Of a stretch of DNA of 64,000 nucleotides, positions 27,676 through 35,071 are shown one piece after another. Each line of letters begins with the position of its first letter. Within the stretch, counting starts at the first letter, position 1. The notes beneath the pieces are model-generated. The model searched no databases and was not told the origin of the DNA. It was given only the letters and a program-made list of their open reading frames with translations. This DNA comes from Escherichia phage ukendt, in the sequence record NC_052661.1. One strand, 5' to 3'. Position numbers and translations under genes: made by a program.

Positions 27676-27722
27676 AAAAATTTTTATGCAGGTGAAAATG
27701 AGAAGAGTTCTCATATGGAAAT

Positions 27723-27745
27723 GCAAATGATAATGATTCGCATTT
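27723..27745. promoter_or_regulatory. Fur-box-like operator (site A)
   Basis: GCAAATGATAATGATTCGCATTT, about 14 of 19 to the Fur consensus, 60 bp upstream of site B. Confidence 0.4.
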
Positions 27746-27761
27746 AAGTTTATAAATGAGA

Positions 27762-27803
27762 TTGATTCTTATTTAATAAGGTAAATGATAATCATTCTCA
27801 TTT
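27762..27803 (+). promoter_or_regulatory. promoter with Fur-box-like operator across the -10 (site B)
   Basis: TTGATT, 18 nt, TGATAAT; palindrome AAATGATAATCATTCTCATTT matches the Fur consensus GATAATGATAATCATTATC at 16 of 19 positions. Confidence 0.5.
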
Positions 27804-28021
27804 AGAGAATGACGCGCAGGGGCGGTGTTTGTCTCGCGCTCCCGTGTCCCCTCGCCATGTAATAAGAATAACAGATCCAGCCAGGAAAGCAAGAGATTAT
27901 TTTATCTTTACATTTCTTTACAAATATATAGCGCCCAGCCTACCGGCGATCAACCTTCCAACCAGTGCCTCTGGTATGTTAGCCCCGCCTTTACGCCGTG
28001 GGGTGGCGCTTCCTCTTCTGT

Positions 28022-28056
28022 ATGTAAAACAGTATAAGCCCGATCCCTGGGCTTGT
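28022..28056 (-). promoter_or_regulatory. sigma70-like promoter reading leftward into non-coding DNA
   Basis: On the minus strand: TTGACA, 17 nt (AGCCCAGGGATCGGGCT, itself a hairpin), TATACT. Confidence 0.4.
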
Positions 28057-28061
28057 CAAGA

Positions 28062-28328
28062 TTATTTTTTGTTTTCTTGCCAGGATAGGACACCTAACCA
28101 AAAATACATATCGCCCCGCGCCCCTGGTGGTATCTTGCTTTCCCCGCCGCCACTGCAAGCCCATAGATAACCATTTGCGAACGTATCAAAATGATCTATC
28201 TCTTCCACCTTATGATCGCCCAGGTTGAGAACGGTTTCAACCTTTAAGCCCGTTGCGCTTGCTACCTGGTGCACCGTGCCGCCTTGCCAGCCCAATGAGT
28301 GCATAAGGTGTAATGTAGTATTTGTCAT
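28062..28328 (-). CDS. hypothetical protein (divergent gene at left edge of cassette array)
   Basis: 88 aa ORF in GC-richer DNA; GC hairpin about 30 nt upstream of its ATG. Confidence 0.4.
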   Translation of the reverse strand: MTNTTLHLMHSLGWQGGTVHQVASATGLKVETVLNLGDHKVEEIDHFDTFANGYLWACSGGGESKIPPGARGDMYFWLGVLSWQENKK

Positions 28329-28437
28329 GGTATCGCCCTTTCTTTGATGTGCGCCCTGGTTGGCGCGGTAGAAAGATGATAGCCCTTTCTTTTATATATA
28401 GCAAGCAAAAAGAAAATAAAAAAGATTGAAAAAGTGA

Positions 28438-28496
28438 TTGACGTTCGCCAGGTGGCGGCATAATATTTACCACGTAGGGCGGCAATGGTGCCGCTC
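28438..28496 (+). promoter_or_regulatory. cassette promoter + 5' hairpin module
   Basis: TTGACG, 17 nt, TAATAT, then ACGTAGGGCGGCAATGGTGCCGCTCA hairpin. Confidence 0.55.
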
Positions 28497-28515
28497 ATTA
28501 TTTGGAGTTAAAATC

Positions 28516-28713
28516 ATGGCAACATTGCACATTGTGGCGAAAGCTGGACAAATAAACGTGGTAGTAAACGGTTTTACTGAGTTCAGTCATCCCCAGGATG
28601 ATCATGAAACGGTTTTATCTTTCATTGATTCACTGTTAGAAATGGGAGTAATTACAGAAGACCAGCACGCTACAAAATGCAAACGCGTTAATCAGATTGC
28701 AGGAATAGAATAA
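28516..28713 (+). CDS. cassette small protein
   Basis: 65 aa; own promoter-hairpin module; GGAG RBS. Confidence 0.5.
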   Translation: MATLHIVAKAGQINVVVNGFTEFSHPQDDHETVLSFIDSLLEMGVITEDQHATKCKRVNQIAGIE

Positions 28714-28720
28714 AAAGTAT

Positions 28721-28783
28721 TGACAACAACCAACAACCTGATAAGATGTATCACATAGGGCGGCGGAATGGTCCAGCCGCTCA
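28721..28783 (+). promoter_or_regulatory. cassette promoter + 5' hairpin module
   Basis: TTGACA, 16 nt, TAAGAT, then ACATAGGGCGGCGGAATGGTCCAGCCGC hairpin. Confidence 0.55.
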
Positions 28784-28805
28784 CAACAGAAGAGAGATTA
28801 TAATC

Positions 28806-29078
28806 ATGGCATCATATAGCGCAACAATGATCGTAGCTGGCACCACTGGTAAACCTATGAGCGGTGGCGGATCTTTCGCAAATATCAACATTGACGGGCG
28901 TTTATCCCTGGACGCAGCGATCACCGTGGCGCGGGAAACATTTAAGAAAGAATGTAAATTCAATAAACAAGATTATCTCGGTTTTGCTATTGAAAAAACC
29001 GCGCGTTTTGTTGATTATAAAAGCCCAAAAATGGTTGATACTACACTAAAAGCGCAAGATGTAGCGTTTTTGCTTTAA
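28806..29078 (+). CDS. cassette small protein
   Basis: 90 aa; promoter-hairpin module; start refined to 28806. Confidence 0.5.
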   Translation: MASYSATMIVAGTTGKPMSGGGSFANINIDGRLSLDAAITVARETFKKECKFNKQDYLGFAIEKTARFVDYKSPKMVDTTLKAQDVAFLL

Positions 29079-29082
29079 GGTT

Positions 29083-29136
29083 TGACATTAACGAATAATT
29101 TGTTAATATGTTACATAAAGCGGGAATAGTTCCCGC
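29083..29136 (+). promoter_or_regulatory. cassette promoter + 5' hairpin module
   Basis: TTGACA, 16 nt, TAATAT, then GCGGGAATAGTTCCCGC hairpin. Confidence 0.55.
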
Positions 29137-29154
29137 TATTTGTAAGGTGGTAGA

Positions 29155-29412
29155 ATGTTTTACATCAAATTAAAAGGTCACGTGATCGCGTTCAAGGATA
29201 ACGCTTTTTACAGATTAGCAAAGTATGCGTTAATACATCCCCATTATGTTTATATAAGGGGGCGTGATGAAATAAATATTTTTGATCAAACAACATGCGA
29301 GAACATCGAGATCCGCAAGGTTGGCGTACGTGACTATCGTACATCTTTCTACCCTTGCAAGGATTCAGCAAGTCTTTTTAAAGTATGCCGATTGTTGAAA
29401 AAAGGTGGTTAA
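29155..29412 (+). CDS. cassette small protein
   Basis: 85 aa; promoter-hairpin module. Confidence 0.5.
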   Translation: MFYIKLKGHVIAFKDNAFYRLAKYALIHPHYVYIRGRDEINIFDQTTCENIEIRKVGVRDYRTSFYPCKDSASLFKVCRLLKKGG

Positions 29413-29413
29413 T

Positions 29414-29971
29414 ATGGGCCGCGAATATGTGATCCAGTCTTGGGTAAAACATGAAGCAGATGATCCGCGCATCATTCCTGATTATCTTGTCGATGAATCC
29501 ACGGGCTATAGCGGGGAGCAAATAGGTAACAGATTAGCACGTAGTAACGGCAACGTAAAAGCGCGTTATGTGCGCCCTGGTTGGCTGGCAAATGGTAACG
29601 CTGATTTATCCAGTGCGGAAGATGCGAGCGACGGCGCGAAAGATAATCCCTTGTACAAAGTTGATCCGGCTTTTCGTGTCCTGGATGAATACCCCAACAA
29701 GATAGCGGCGCTTGATGAAGCACTAGAAAGTAAGCGCATCACCTGGACCGCTTACAACATGGCAAAAAACGTACTTGATGGTAAACTGATTCAAGCGGAG
29801 AGAAAATTAGCCAAAATTGCAGCCATAGCCCAGGAGGAAGACGAGGAGACAACGGAAGAGGAAGAGTACGAAGAGATCCCGCCGTTGTTGTGTGTTGATG
29901 CTTTTCCTGATTATCAGCCGACAGAGGAAGAAAAAAGGATCGCCCTAGAAAACTTTGAAAATAGTCTTTGA
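29414..29971 (+). CDS. cassette protein with highly acidic C-terminus
   Basis: 186 aa; EEDEETTEEEEYEE tail; co-transcribed with preceding gene. Confidence 0.5.
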   Translation: MGREYVIQSWVKHEADDPRIIPDYLVDESTGYSGEQIGNRLARSNGNVKARYVRPGWLANGNADLSSAEDASDGAKDNPLYKVDPAFRVLDEYPNKIAALDEALESKRITWTAYNMAKNVLDGKLIQAERKLAKIAAIAQEEDEETTEEEEYEEIPPLLCVDAFPDYQPTEEEKRIALENFENSL

Positions 29972-30026
29972 CATATCGCCGCCACTAGCATAATATTTAC
30001 CACGTAGGGCGGCAATGGTGCCGCTC
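29968..30026 (+). promoter_or_regulatory. cassette promoter + 5' hairpin module
   Basis: TTGACA, 17 nt, TAATAT, then GCGGCAATGGTGCCGC hairpin. Confidence 0.55.
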
Positions 30027-30053
30027 ATAGTGAAATTATACAAGAGGCTTACA

Positions 30054-30149
30054 ATGATTAATAAAGAAAATAGCTTGACGGTTGGAACGATTAACGGTAT
30101 CATTCTAGCCGTTCCATTTTGGATTGTAGTAGCGGTTATTATTTTCTAA
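30054..30149 (+). CDS. cassette hydrophobic peptide
   Basis: 31 aa; own promoter-hairpin module. Confidence 0.35.
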   Translation: MINKENSLTVGTINGIILAVPFWIVVAVIIF

Positions 30150-30157
30150 AAATATTC

Positions 30158-30218
30158 TTGACAACGTTTTTTAATCTGATAAGATGTATCACATAGGGCG
30201 GCGGAATACTTCCCCGCC
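30158..30218 (+). promoter_or_regulatory. cassette promoter + 5' hairpin module
   Basis: TTGACA, 16 nt, TAAGAT, then GGGCGGCGGAATACTTCCCCGCC hairpin. Confidence 0.55.
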
Positions 30219-30239
30219 AAAACAAAAAAGGGTAACACA

Positions 30240-30602
30240 ATGAGCAAGCAAATCAATACTATCATGTTTAATCTGGTATCTTTCCGCGATGATATGAAAA
30301 ATTTACCACGTGAAACGGTTGATATTCATGTTTCAGCTTATCGCGCCCTTATTGACATGTTACCGCTAAAACGTGATCAACATGCCGCTAATATGATGCT
30401 TAATGCTATGCTTAAAAAGATGATTCAAACGGATCTTACTCTGGCATATGAGTATCAAGGGCGCTTATATGCAACTTACAACAAGGCGGTACCTGGTCTG
30501 GGAAGTACCGAAGAGTTGCACGGCTTAAACCTGGATCAAAACACTTGGGATAGTATGCGCCGCGTTATGGTATGGGCCGAAAGCGGTAAAATTTACGAAT
30601 AA
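30240..30602 (+). CDS. cassette small protein
   Basis: 120 aa; promoter-hairpin module. Confidence 0.5.
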   Translation: MSKQINTIMFNLVSFRDDMKNLPRETVDIHVSAYRALIDMLPLKRDQHAANMMLNAMLKKMIQTDLTLAYEYQGRLYATYNKAVPGLGSTEELHGLNLDQNTWDSMRRVMVWAESGKIYE

Positions 30603-30608
30603 AAACGG

Positions 30609-30668
30609 TTGACACTGTTTAAACTTCTGGTATAGTTTACCACATAGGGCGGGAAGTGGTTTCCCGCC
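30609..30668 (+). promoter_or_regulatory. cassette promoter + 5' hairpin module
   Basis: TTGACA, about 17 nt, TATAGT, then GGCGGGAAGTGGTTTCCCGCC hairpin. Confidence 0.55.
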
Positions 30669-30690
30669 AACAATTAAAAAGGTTATCATC

Positions 30691-31056
30691 ATGGCTATTA
30701 ATATTAATGTTTCCTCTTATGCTACCCTGGCTGACACGGCTAAAATTGAATTATCCAGCATTGAGGCGGTGCATATTAGCGCCCGTCGCTGGTTTCAACA
30801 GTCCTACGGTAACACATATTTTTCTTTAATGGTTGACGTTGAGATCGGCGGTAAACTGATCGAGGTGGTTAACGTTCCGTTTCAATATGGTTATGGTGAT
30901 CATTTTGATACCGTCGCCCTGGAAGAATTTAGCAAGGTCGTTAATATGGAAGGTAAAGAGTTTTCACGCGGCGCGTATCTTTCCCGTTTTTGCCGTGACA
31001 ATGGGATCACTGTATACAGTCATGCAAGCGATGTTAAACGTAAAAAAGATCTATAA
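30691..31056 (+). CDS. cassette small protein
   Basis: 121 aa; promoter-hairpin module. Confidence 0.5.
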   Translation: MAININVSSYATLADTAKIELSSIEAVHISARRWFQQSYGNTYFSLMVDVEIGGKLIEVVNVPFQYGYGDHFDTVALEEFSKVVNMEGKEFSRGAYLSRFCRDNGITVYSHASDVKRKKDL

Positions 31057-31063
31057 AAAGCAT

Positions 31064-31121
31064 TGACAGCACGAATAAAAAGAGTAAACTGTATTACATA
31101 GAGAGCGGGAACACTTCCCGC
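31064..31121 (+). promoter_or_regulatory. cassette promoter + 5' hairpin module
   Basis: TTGACA, 16 nt, TAAACT, then GCGGGAACACTTCCCGC hairpin. Confidence 0.55.
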
Positions 31122-31145
31122 CTCACTGAAAAAGAGAGAAAAATC

Positions 31146-31385
31146 ATGGCTAAATCTAAAATGTACAACGGTCACAAAAACAAAACTCATTGGAATGTAA
31201 GCCTTTGGATTAATAACGATGAATCATTGTATCGGTTTGCATTGGGATTGATCAATGAGTGCGGTAATAAAGATCAGGCGGCTGATTTAATGTGCTACCG
31301 TTTGAAACAGGATGGAATCACTACAACGCCAGACGGCTTTAAGTATAGTAAAACTGCAATCCGCGCCGCTATGGTTGGAATGTAA
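31146..31385 (+). CDS. cassette small protein
   Basis: 79 aa; promoter-hairpin module. Confidence 0.5.
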   Translation: MAKSKMYNGHKNKTHWNVSLWINNDESLYRFALGLINECGNKDQAADLMCYRLKQDGITTTPDGFKYSKTAIRAAMVGM

Positions 31386-31394
31386 TAAAAACAG

Positions 31395-31454
31395 TTGACA
31401 ACGTTTAAAATTAGTGTAAGATGTATCACATAGGGCGGGAAGTGGTTTCCCGCC
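31395..31454 (+). promoter_or_regulatory. cassette promoter + 5' hairpin module
   Basis: TTGACA, 16 nt, TAAGAT, then GGCGGGAAGTGGTTTCCCGCC hairpin. Confidence 0.55.
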
Positions 31455-31476
31455 AACAACAGAGAGATTAAAGATT

Positions 31477-31704
31477 ATGGCTATCAATATTGTTCGTGTA
31501 TCCGGCACCGTTGGCAGTTCCCAGGTTGTAGCAGTTATCACAGAGAAGAAAGGGGATGATCTTCACTCTTCCTTGAATAGCTGGGCGGTCGCTAACTTCG
31601 GGCAATGGTCGAGCGTTGAGTACATCGAATCCTACCAGGTGCCGACGATTAGCCTAACCGATCTCAACGTTGATCGCTTGTTGTGCCTGGATGAATTAAT
31701 CTGA
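31477..31704 (+). CDS. cassette small protein
   Basis: 75 aa; promoter-hairpin module. Confidence 0.5.
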   Translation: MAINIVRVSGTVGSSQVVAVITEKKGDDLHSSLNSWAVANFGQWSSVEYIESYQVPTISLTDLNVDRLLCLDELI

Positions 31705-31714
31705 AAAAAGATTG

Positions 31715-31772
31715 TTGACACCGGAAAGAAAAAGAGTAGAATATATTACATAGGGCGGCAATGGTGCCGCTC
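31715..31772 (+). promoter_or_regulatory. cassette promoter + 5' hairpin module
   Basis: TTGACA, 16 nt, TAGAAT, then GCGGCAATGGTGCCGC hairpin. Confidence 0.55.
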
Positions 31773-31795
31773 ACAACAGAAGAGAGATTATCACG

Positions 31796-32011
31796 ATGGC
31801 TAATATCCGCACTTTACTGAAAAATGCAAGTCAAGTTTTATTTTCAGATGACGAGTATTTCAATAAAGACATTACAGGCGTGAAAAATTTAAAAGACGTG
31901 AAGGATGTTATCGGTATTCGTGGATCTTTACGTAAAGGTGATTACTATGGTAACAAGGTGCAATATAAACTGTCAAAGGATTACAATTTTACTTTGACAA
32001 TTATTTCATAA
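31796..32011 (+). CDS. cassette small protein
   Basis: 71 aa; promoter-hairpin module. Confidence 0.5.
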   Translation: MANIRTLLKNASQVLFSDDEYFNKDITGVKNLKDVKDVIGIRGSLRKGDYYGNKVQYKLSKDYNFTLTIIS

Positions 32012-32017
32012 AACCGC

Positions 32018-32077
32018 TTGCAATACTGCAAAAATAAAGTAAACTATATTCATCAAGGCGGGGAATGGTCCGCCGCC
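32018..32077 (+). promoter_or_regulatory. cassette promoter + 5' hairpin module
   Basis: TTGCAA, 16 nt, TAAACT, then GGCGGGGAATGGTCCGCCGCC hairpin. Confidence 0.5.
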
Positions 32078-32101
32078 TAACAAAGAGAAGAGGAAAACAT
32101 C

Positions 32102-32275
32102 ATGATCACTTTCGCTACCCGTGAAGCCGCTCGCAACGTTGCACGTAAAGTTAACGCCGCCAACCTGGGCGCTACACTTAAAGCCCCGGTGAAAGATGAA
32201 TCAGGCAAATGGATCTTCCCTGGTCTGCGTCATGCTGACAAGTTAGGTACTTTAAGCCTTAAAAATAATCGTTGA
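32102..32275 (+). CDS. cassette small protein
   Basis: 57 aa ORF not in track; promoter-hairpin module. Confidence 0.4.
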   Translation: MITFATREAARNVARKVNAANLGATLKAPVKDESGKWIFPGLRHADKLGTLSLKNNR

Positions 32276-32309
32276 CTTTTCGTTATAGCGCCTTACAATG
32301 GGCGCTATA
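32272..32309 (+). promoter_or_regulatory. variant cassette promoter with palindrome across the -10
   Basis: TTGACT, 16 nt, TACAAT, embedded in TATAGCGCC...GGCGCTATA inverted repeat. Confidence 0.45.
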
Positions 32310-32342
32310 GAGAAGAGAAACCACTATTAACAAGGAAACATC

Positions 32343-32564
32343 ATGATTACTTTTGCTATTGTCGCCGTTGTTGCTGGTCAGGTTTACGTAAATGATACAT
32401 TCACCACAGAAGACAAGGCAGCAGGAGACATCACCGCCGCTTATAATGAGTGCAAGGCAGTAGAAAGGATGTTAGCGCCTTGTATGCTAATGAGTGAACG
32501 CCAGGACGGAATAACAGTATTTACTAACATTGAAACAGGGTACCAAATGGTAGTAACAAAATAA
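32343..32564 (+). CDS. cassette small protein
   Basis: 73 aa; variant promoter with palindrome. Confidence 0.5.
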   Translation: MITFAIVAVVAGQVYVNDTFTTEDKAAGDITAAYNECKAVERMLAPCMLMSERQDGITVFTNIETGYQMVVTK

Positions 32565-32567
32565 AGC

Positions 32568-32624
32568 TTGACACCGATTTAATTTTTAGTAAACTGTTAC
32601 ACGTAGGGCGGGAATAGTTCCCGC
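32568..32624 (+). promoter_or_regulatory. cassette promoter + 5' hairpin module
   Basis: TTGACA, 16 nt, TAAACT, then GCGGGAATAGTTCCCGC hairpin. Confidence 0.55.
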
Positions 32625-32643
32625 TCAAAAAGAGAGAAAGACC

Positions 32644-32997
32644 ATGAAAGCACAAAATGCAATTAAAGAGTACATCCTTGCCGCTATCGATTTTAATGAT
32701 TACGGTATTACAACCGAAAAAGAGAAGATCGCGGAATTGATGCGCCGTTTTAATTCCGAGTACTGGTACCCTGATAACCAATCACGTTTTAATTATAGTA
32801 TTGTTAAAGCACTTGCATCATGGTTACAAGGCTTGCCATCAGATATCAATATCGCTTTCGAATATTGGGAAATTGATCGCCTGTTAACATCCTGGGGATA
32901 CATTAAAGAGAATAGCAGCGATGATAAAATCCAACGAGAAAGGGAAAATTATTGGCTTTATATTGCAGGCGTGATCCTTGCTTGCTCTTATGAATGA
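32644..32997 (+). CDS. cassette small protein
   Basis: 117 aa; promoter-hairpin module. Confidence 0.5.
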   Translation: MKAQNAIKEYILAAIDFNDYGITTEKEKIAELMRRFNSEYWYPDNQSRFNYSIVKALASWLQGLPSDINIAFEYWEIDRLLTSWGYIKENSSDDKIQRERENYWLYIAGVILACSYE

Positions 32998-33003
32998 TAA
33001 ACC

Positions 33004-33058
33004 TTGACAATTTTACAAAACAGTTTAAATTAACAATATAGCGGCAATGGTGCCGCTC
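33004..33058 (+). promoter_or_regulatory. cassette promoter + 5' hairpin module
   Basis: TTGACA, A/T-rich -10 region, then GCGGCAATGGTGCCGC hairpin. Confidence 0.5.
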
Positions 33059-33076
33059 ATATGAAGAGGAAACAAA

Positions 33077-33223
33077 ATGAATACATCTAATCGCGCAGAA
33101 AAAATTCAATCTTCCAAGATCCGCAAGGCCTGGAACGAGGAAGTGATCCGCAAAGGCGACAAGCGCAATAAAACAAAGCGCGGGAAGAGTGACAAATATA
33201 ATTGGATGGATTTAGAGGATTAA
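33077..33223 (+). CDS. cassette small basic protein
   Basis: 48 aa Lys/Arg-rich; promoter-hairpin module; followed by terminator. Confidence 0.4.
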   Translation: MNTSNRAEKIQSSKIRKAWNEEVIRKGDKRNKTKRGKSDKYNWMDLED

Positions 33224-33230
33224 CATAACA

Positions 33231-33257
33231 AGGGCGCATCAAGCGCCCTTTCTTTTT
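33231..33257 (+). terminator. rho-independent terminator inside the cassette array
   Basis: AGGGCGC-ATCAA-GCGCCCT followed by TTCTTTTT. Confidence 0.6.
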
Positions 33258-33278
33258 ACATGTAGAGGATAAACAAAA

Positions 33279-33464
33279 ATGATTTTAAACGAGCTTAAAA
33301 CAGCCTACAACGCAACATTAAAAATAGCCGTGCGTTACCGTGATGCGTACGGTTTTATCGCGCAGGGCGTGATCCTGGGCTTTTCTGACGATGGTTTGAT
33401 CTATGTTGATGCACATCACAACAAGGTTAAACCGGAAAACGTTATCAATATAAAATATCTTTAA
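33279..33464 (+). CDS. cassette small protein
   Basis: 61 aa; RBS GAGGA. Confidence 0.45.
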   Translation: MILNELKTAYNATLKIAVRYRDAYGFIAQGVILGFSDDGLIYVDAHHNKVKPENVINIKYL

Positions 33465-33470
33465 AAGTGG

Positions 33471-33527
33471 TTGACACCATAACCGGACCTGTTAAACTGT
33501 ATTACATCAGGCGGGGAATAGTTCCCC
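33471..33527 (+). promoter_or_regulatory. cassette promoter + 5' hairpin module
   Basis: TTGACA, 16 nt, TAAACT, then GGGGAATAGTTCCCC hairpin. Confidence 0.55.
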
Positions 33528-33550
33528 CACCATACAAAAAGGTAAATATT

Positions 33551-33757
33551 ATGATCACCGCAAAACAAGAAAAAATCATTATCGACGTTGCAGCCGTTGC
33601 CGCTATTGCTATTATTGGATCTTATTATGATACCCGTTTCCCGTCGGCTATGCATGAGATCGCCGCCGTTGCATCAGTCGGCGTGCTGTTTTACGTTGGT
33701 AAACGCTATTTATCACCAATGATTAACAAGCTGACACCGTGGAAAAATAAAGGTTGA
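33551..33757 (+). CDS. cassette small membrane protein
   Basis: 68 aa; promoter-hairpin module; start refined to 33551. Confidence 0.5.
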   Translation: MITAKQEKIIIDVAAVAAIAIIGSYYDTRFPSAMHEIAAVASVGVLFYVGKRYLSPMINKLTPWKNKG

Positions 33758-33810
33758 TCCTGTTTTATATTGTGTTATAGTTATCGTGTAGGGCGGCAAT
33801 GGTGCCGCGC
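33754..33810 (+). promoter_or_regulatory. cassette promoter + 5' hairpin module
   Basis: TTGATC, 16 nt, TATAGT, then GCGGCAATGGTGCCGC hairpin. Confidence 0.5.
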
Positions 33811-33829
33811 CCCCTTTGAGGATGAAATC

Positions 33830-34114
33830 ATGAGTAAAGCTAACACCGTGCTAATGTTTTCCCTGATTAATGATCCCGCTTACTTGTCCAACATGACGCA
33901 GGAGGGTAACACATTAACGGCAACATTCACCAATAAGCTTGACCGAGTGATCATCATCTCACTGAAAACAGTTAGTAAAGGCTTTTACTCGTTAGCTTAT
34001 CATTGGATCACCGATACCGATGAGACAAGCCAGGACTATAGCGCCCCTTTCCCTGAATCAATGGCACGGGAGATCATCGCCGCCGTTGTAAATGATGGTT
34101 TGTTTACTGCATAA
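33830..34114 (+). CDS. cassette small protein
   Basis: 94 aa; shares 25-nt initiation region with gene at 24955. Confidence 0.5.
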   Translation: MSKANTVLMFSLINDPAYLSNMTQEGNTLTATFTNKLDRVIIISLKTVSKGFYSLAYHWITDTDETSQDYSAPFPESMAREIIAAVVNDGLFTA

Positions 34115-34131
34115 ATAATTTAGAAAAAGGC

Positions 34132-34188
34132 TTGCAATCATTTTGAGATAGTGTATATTTAATTCATAGGGCGGCGGGAATAGTTCCC
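34132..34188 (+). promoter_or_regulatory. cassette promoter + 5' hairpin module
   Basis: TTGCAA, 16 nt, TATATT, then GGGAATAGTTCCC hairpin. Confidence 0.5.
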
Positions 34189-34211
34189 AAAGCAAACGAG
34201 AGGATTACACG

Positions 34212-34330
34212 ATGAGCAAGTACACAGTAGAATACACGGTAGAAAATCCGGCAGTATCCGAAGGTAAAAAGATGACATTTGCCATCAGTATAATCGCTTT
34301 CGTTGTCACTATCTTATCAATCATCTTATA
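34212..34330 (+). CDS. cassette hydrophobic peptide
   Basis: 39 aa with C-terminal TM segment; promoter-hairpin module. Confidence 0.35.
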
Positions 34331-34341
34331 AGGTGCACACC

Positions 34342-34503
34342 ATGAAAACAACAGATATTATCAAAGAGATCGCCCTTGCCGCTGGCGTTGAGATCGAGGA
34401 AGTGATCGCGCTCAATCTTACAGAAAACGATCTGCGCAACTATGAAGCGGAAAGCGTGAAAGCAAGCGGTGCGATCCTGGCATATAATCCGGCTAACAAG
34501 TAA
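34342..34503 (+). CDS. cassette small protein
   Basis: 53 aa ORF. Confidence 0.35.
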   Translation: MKTTDIIKEIALAAGVEIEEVIALNLTENDLRNYEAESVKASGAILAYNPANK

Positions 34504-34512
34504 GGGGATAAC

Positions 34513-34623
34513 ATGAATCCGAAAGATATGCAAGCATGGAAAGGGTACGACGATCTGAGCGCCTTGCGTAATAAGTCCAGCCGTAACCTTAGACGATTGC
34601 AAGCAAAGAAAAAGAAAAAATAG
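34513..34623 (+). CDS. cassette small basic protein
   Basis: 36 aa ending KKKKK. Confidence 0.3.
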   Translation: MNPKDMQAWKGYDDLSALRNKSSRNLRRLQAKKKKK

Positions 34624-34624
34624 T

Positions 34625-34682
34625 TTGACAAGTCCGCTTAATCTGATAATATGTATCTTGTAGGGCGGCAATGGTGCCGCTC
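34625..34682 (+). promoter_or_regulatory. cassette promoter + 5' hairpin module
   Basis: TTGACA, 16 nt, TAATAT, then GCGGCAATGGTGCCGC hairpin. Confidence 0.55.
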
Positions 34683-34701
34683 ACAAGAAGAGAGAAAAAT
34701 C

Positions 34702-34986
34702 ATGAAAATCACAAAAAGCCTAACTAATTATGCAGCACGTCGCGGATTATGTTTAACCGTTGAAAACTTAGGGAAAGAAGACTTTTTGTGTTTTTGGGAG
34801 CTTGAAAACGATTGCGAGTGGATGTTTTCCTATTCTATCTGCGAAGATCAAAACGGTTGTTTGTTAACCTGGCGCGGTAATATTTATTTACCGGAAGAAA
34901 TTAAAGAGGAATTACCAGGTACGATCATGACAGAGAGACAGCTTAAGGAAATGATTAATTTTGTAGGGCAAAACATTAAAAAATAA
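34702..34986 (+). CDS. cassette small protein
   Basis: 94 aa; promoter-hairpin module. Confidence 0.5.
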   Translation: MKITKSLTNYAARRGLCLTVENLGKEDFLCFWELENDCEWMFSYSICEDQNGCLLTWRGNIYLPEEIKEELPGTIMTERQLKEMINFVGQNIKK

Positions 34987-34987
34987 T

Positions 34988-35050
34988 TTGACAGCACGCA
35001 AACAACGTAGTAAAGTTTACCACATAGGGCGGCGGAATGGTCCACCGCTC
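34988..35050 (+). promoter_or_regulatory. cassette promoter + 5' hairpin module
   Basis: TTGACA, 17 nt, TAAAGT, then GGGCGGCGGAATGGTCCACCGC hairpin. Confidence 0.55.
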
Positions 35051-35071
35051 ACAACAGAAGAGAAACAAATC

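Noticed and set aside
27553-27747. Plus-strand ORF (64 aa) in the AT-rich repeat region
   Set aside because: Lies entirely within the direct-repeat and Fur-box non-coding region, with low-complexity Lys/Phe-rich translation and no RBS; likely a spurious frame.
27825-28170. Plus-strand ORFs 27825..28037 and 27829..28170
   Set aside because: Pro/Arg/Leu-rich translations typical of random frames in GC-rich DNA; the region is better explained as untranslated RNA.
28237-28485. Minus-strand ORF (82 aa) overlapping the first cassette promoter
   Set aside because: Overlaps the promoter-hairpin module and the start of gene 28062..28328; composition is not protein-like.
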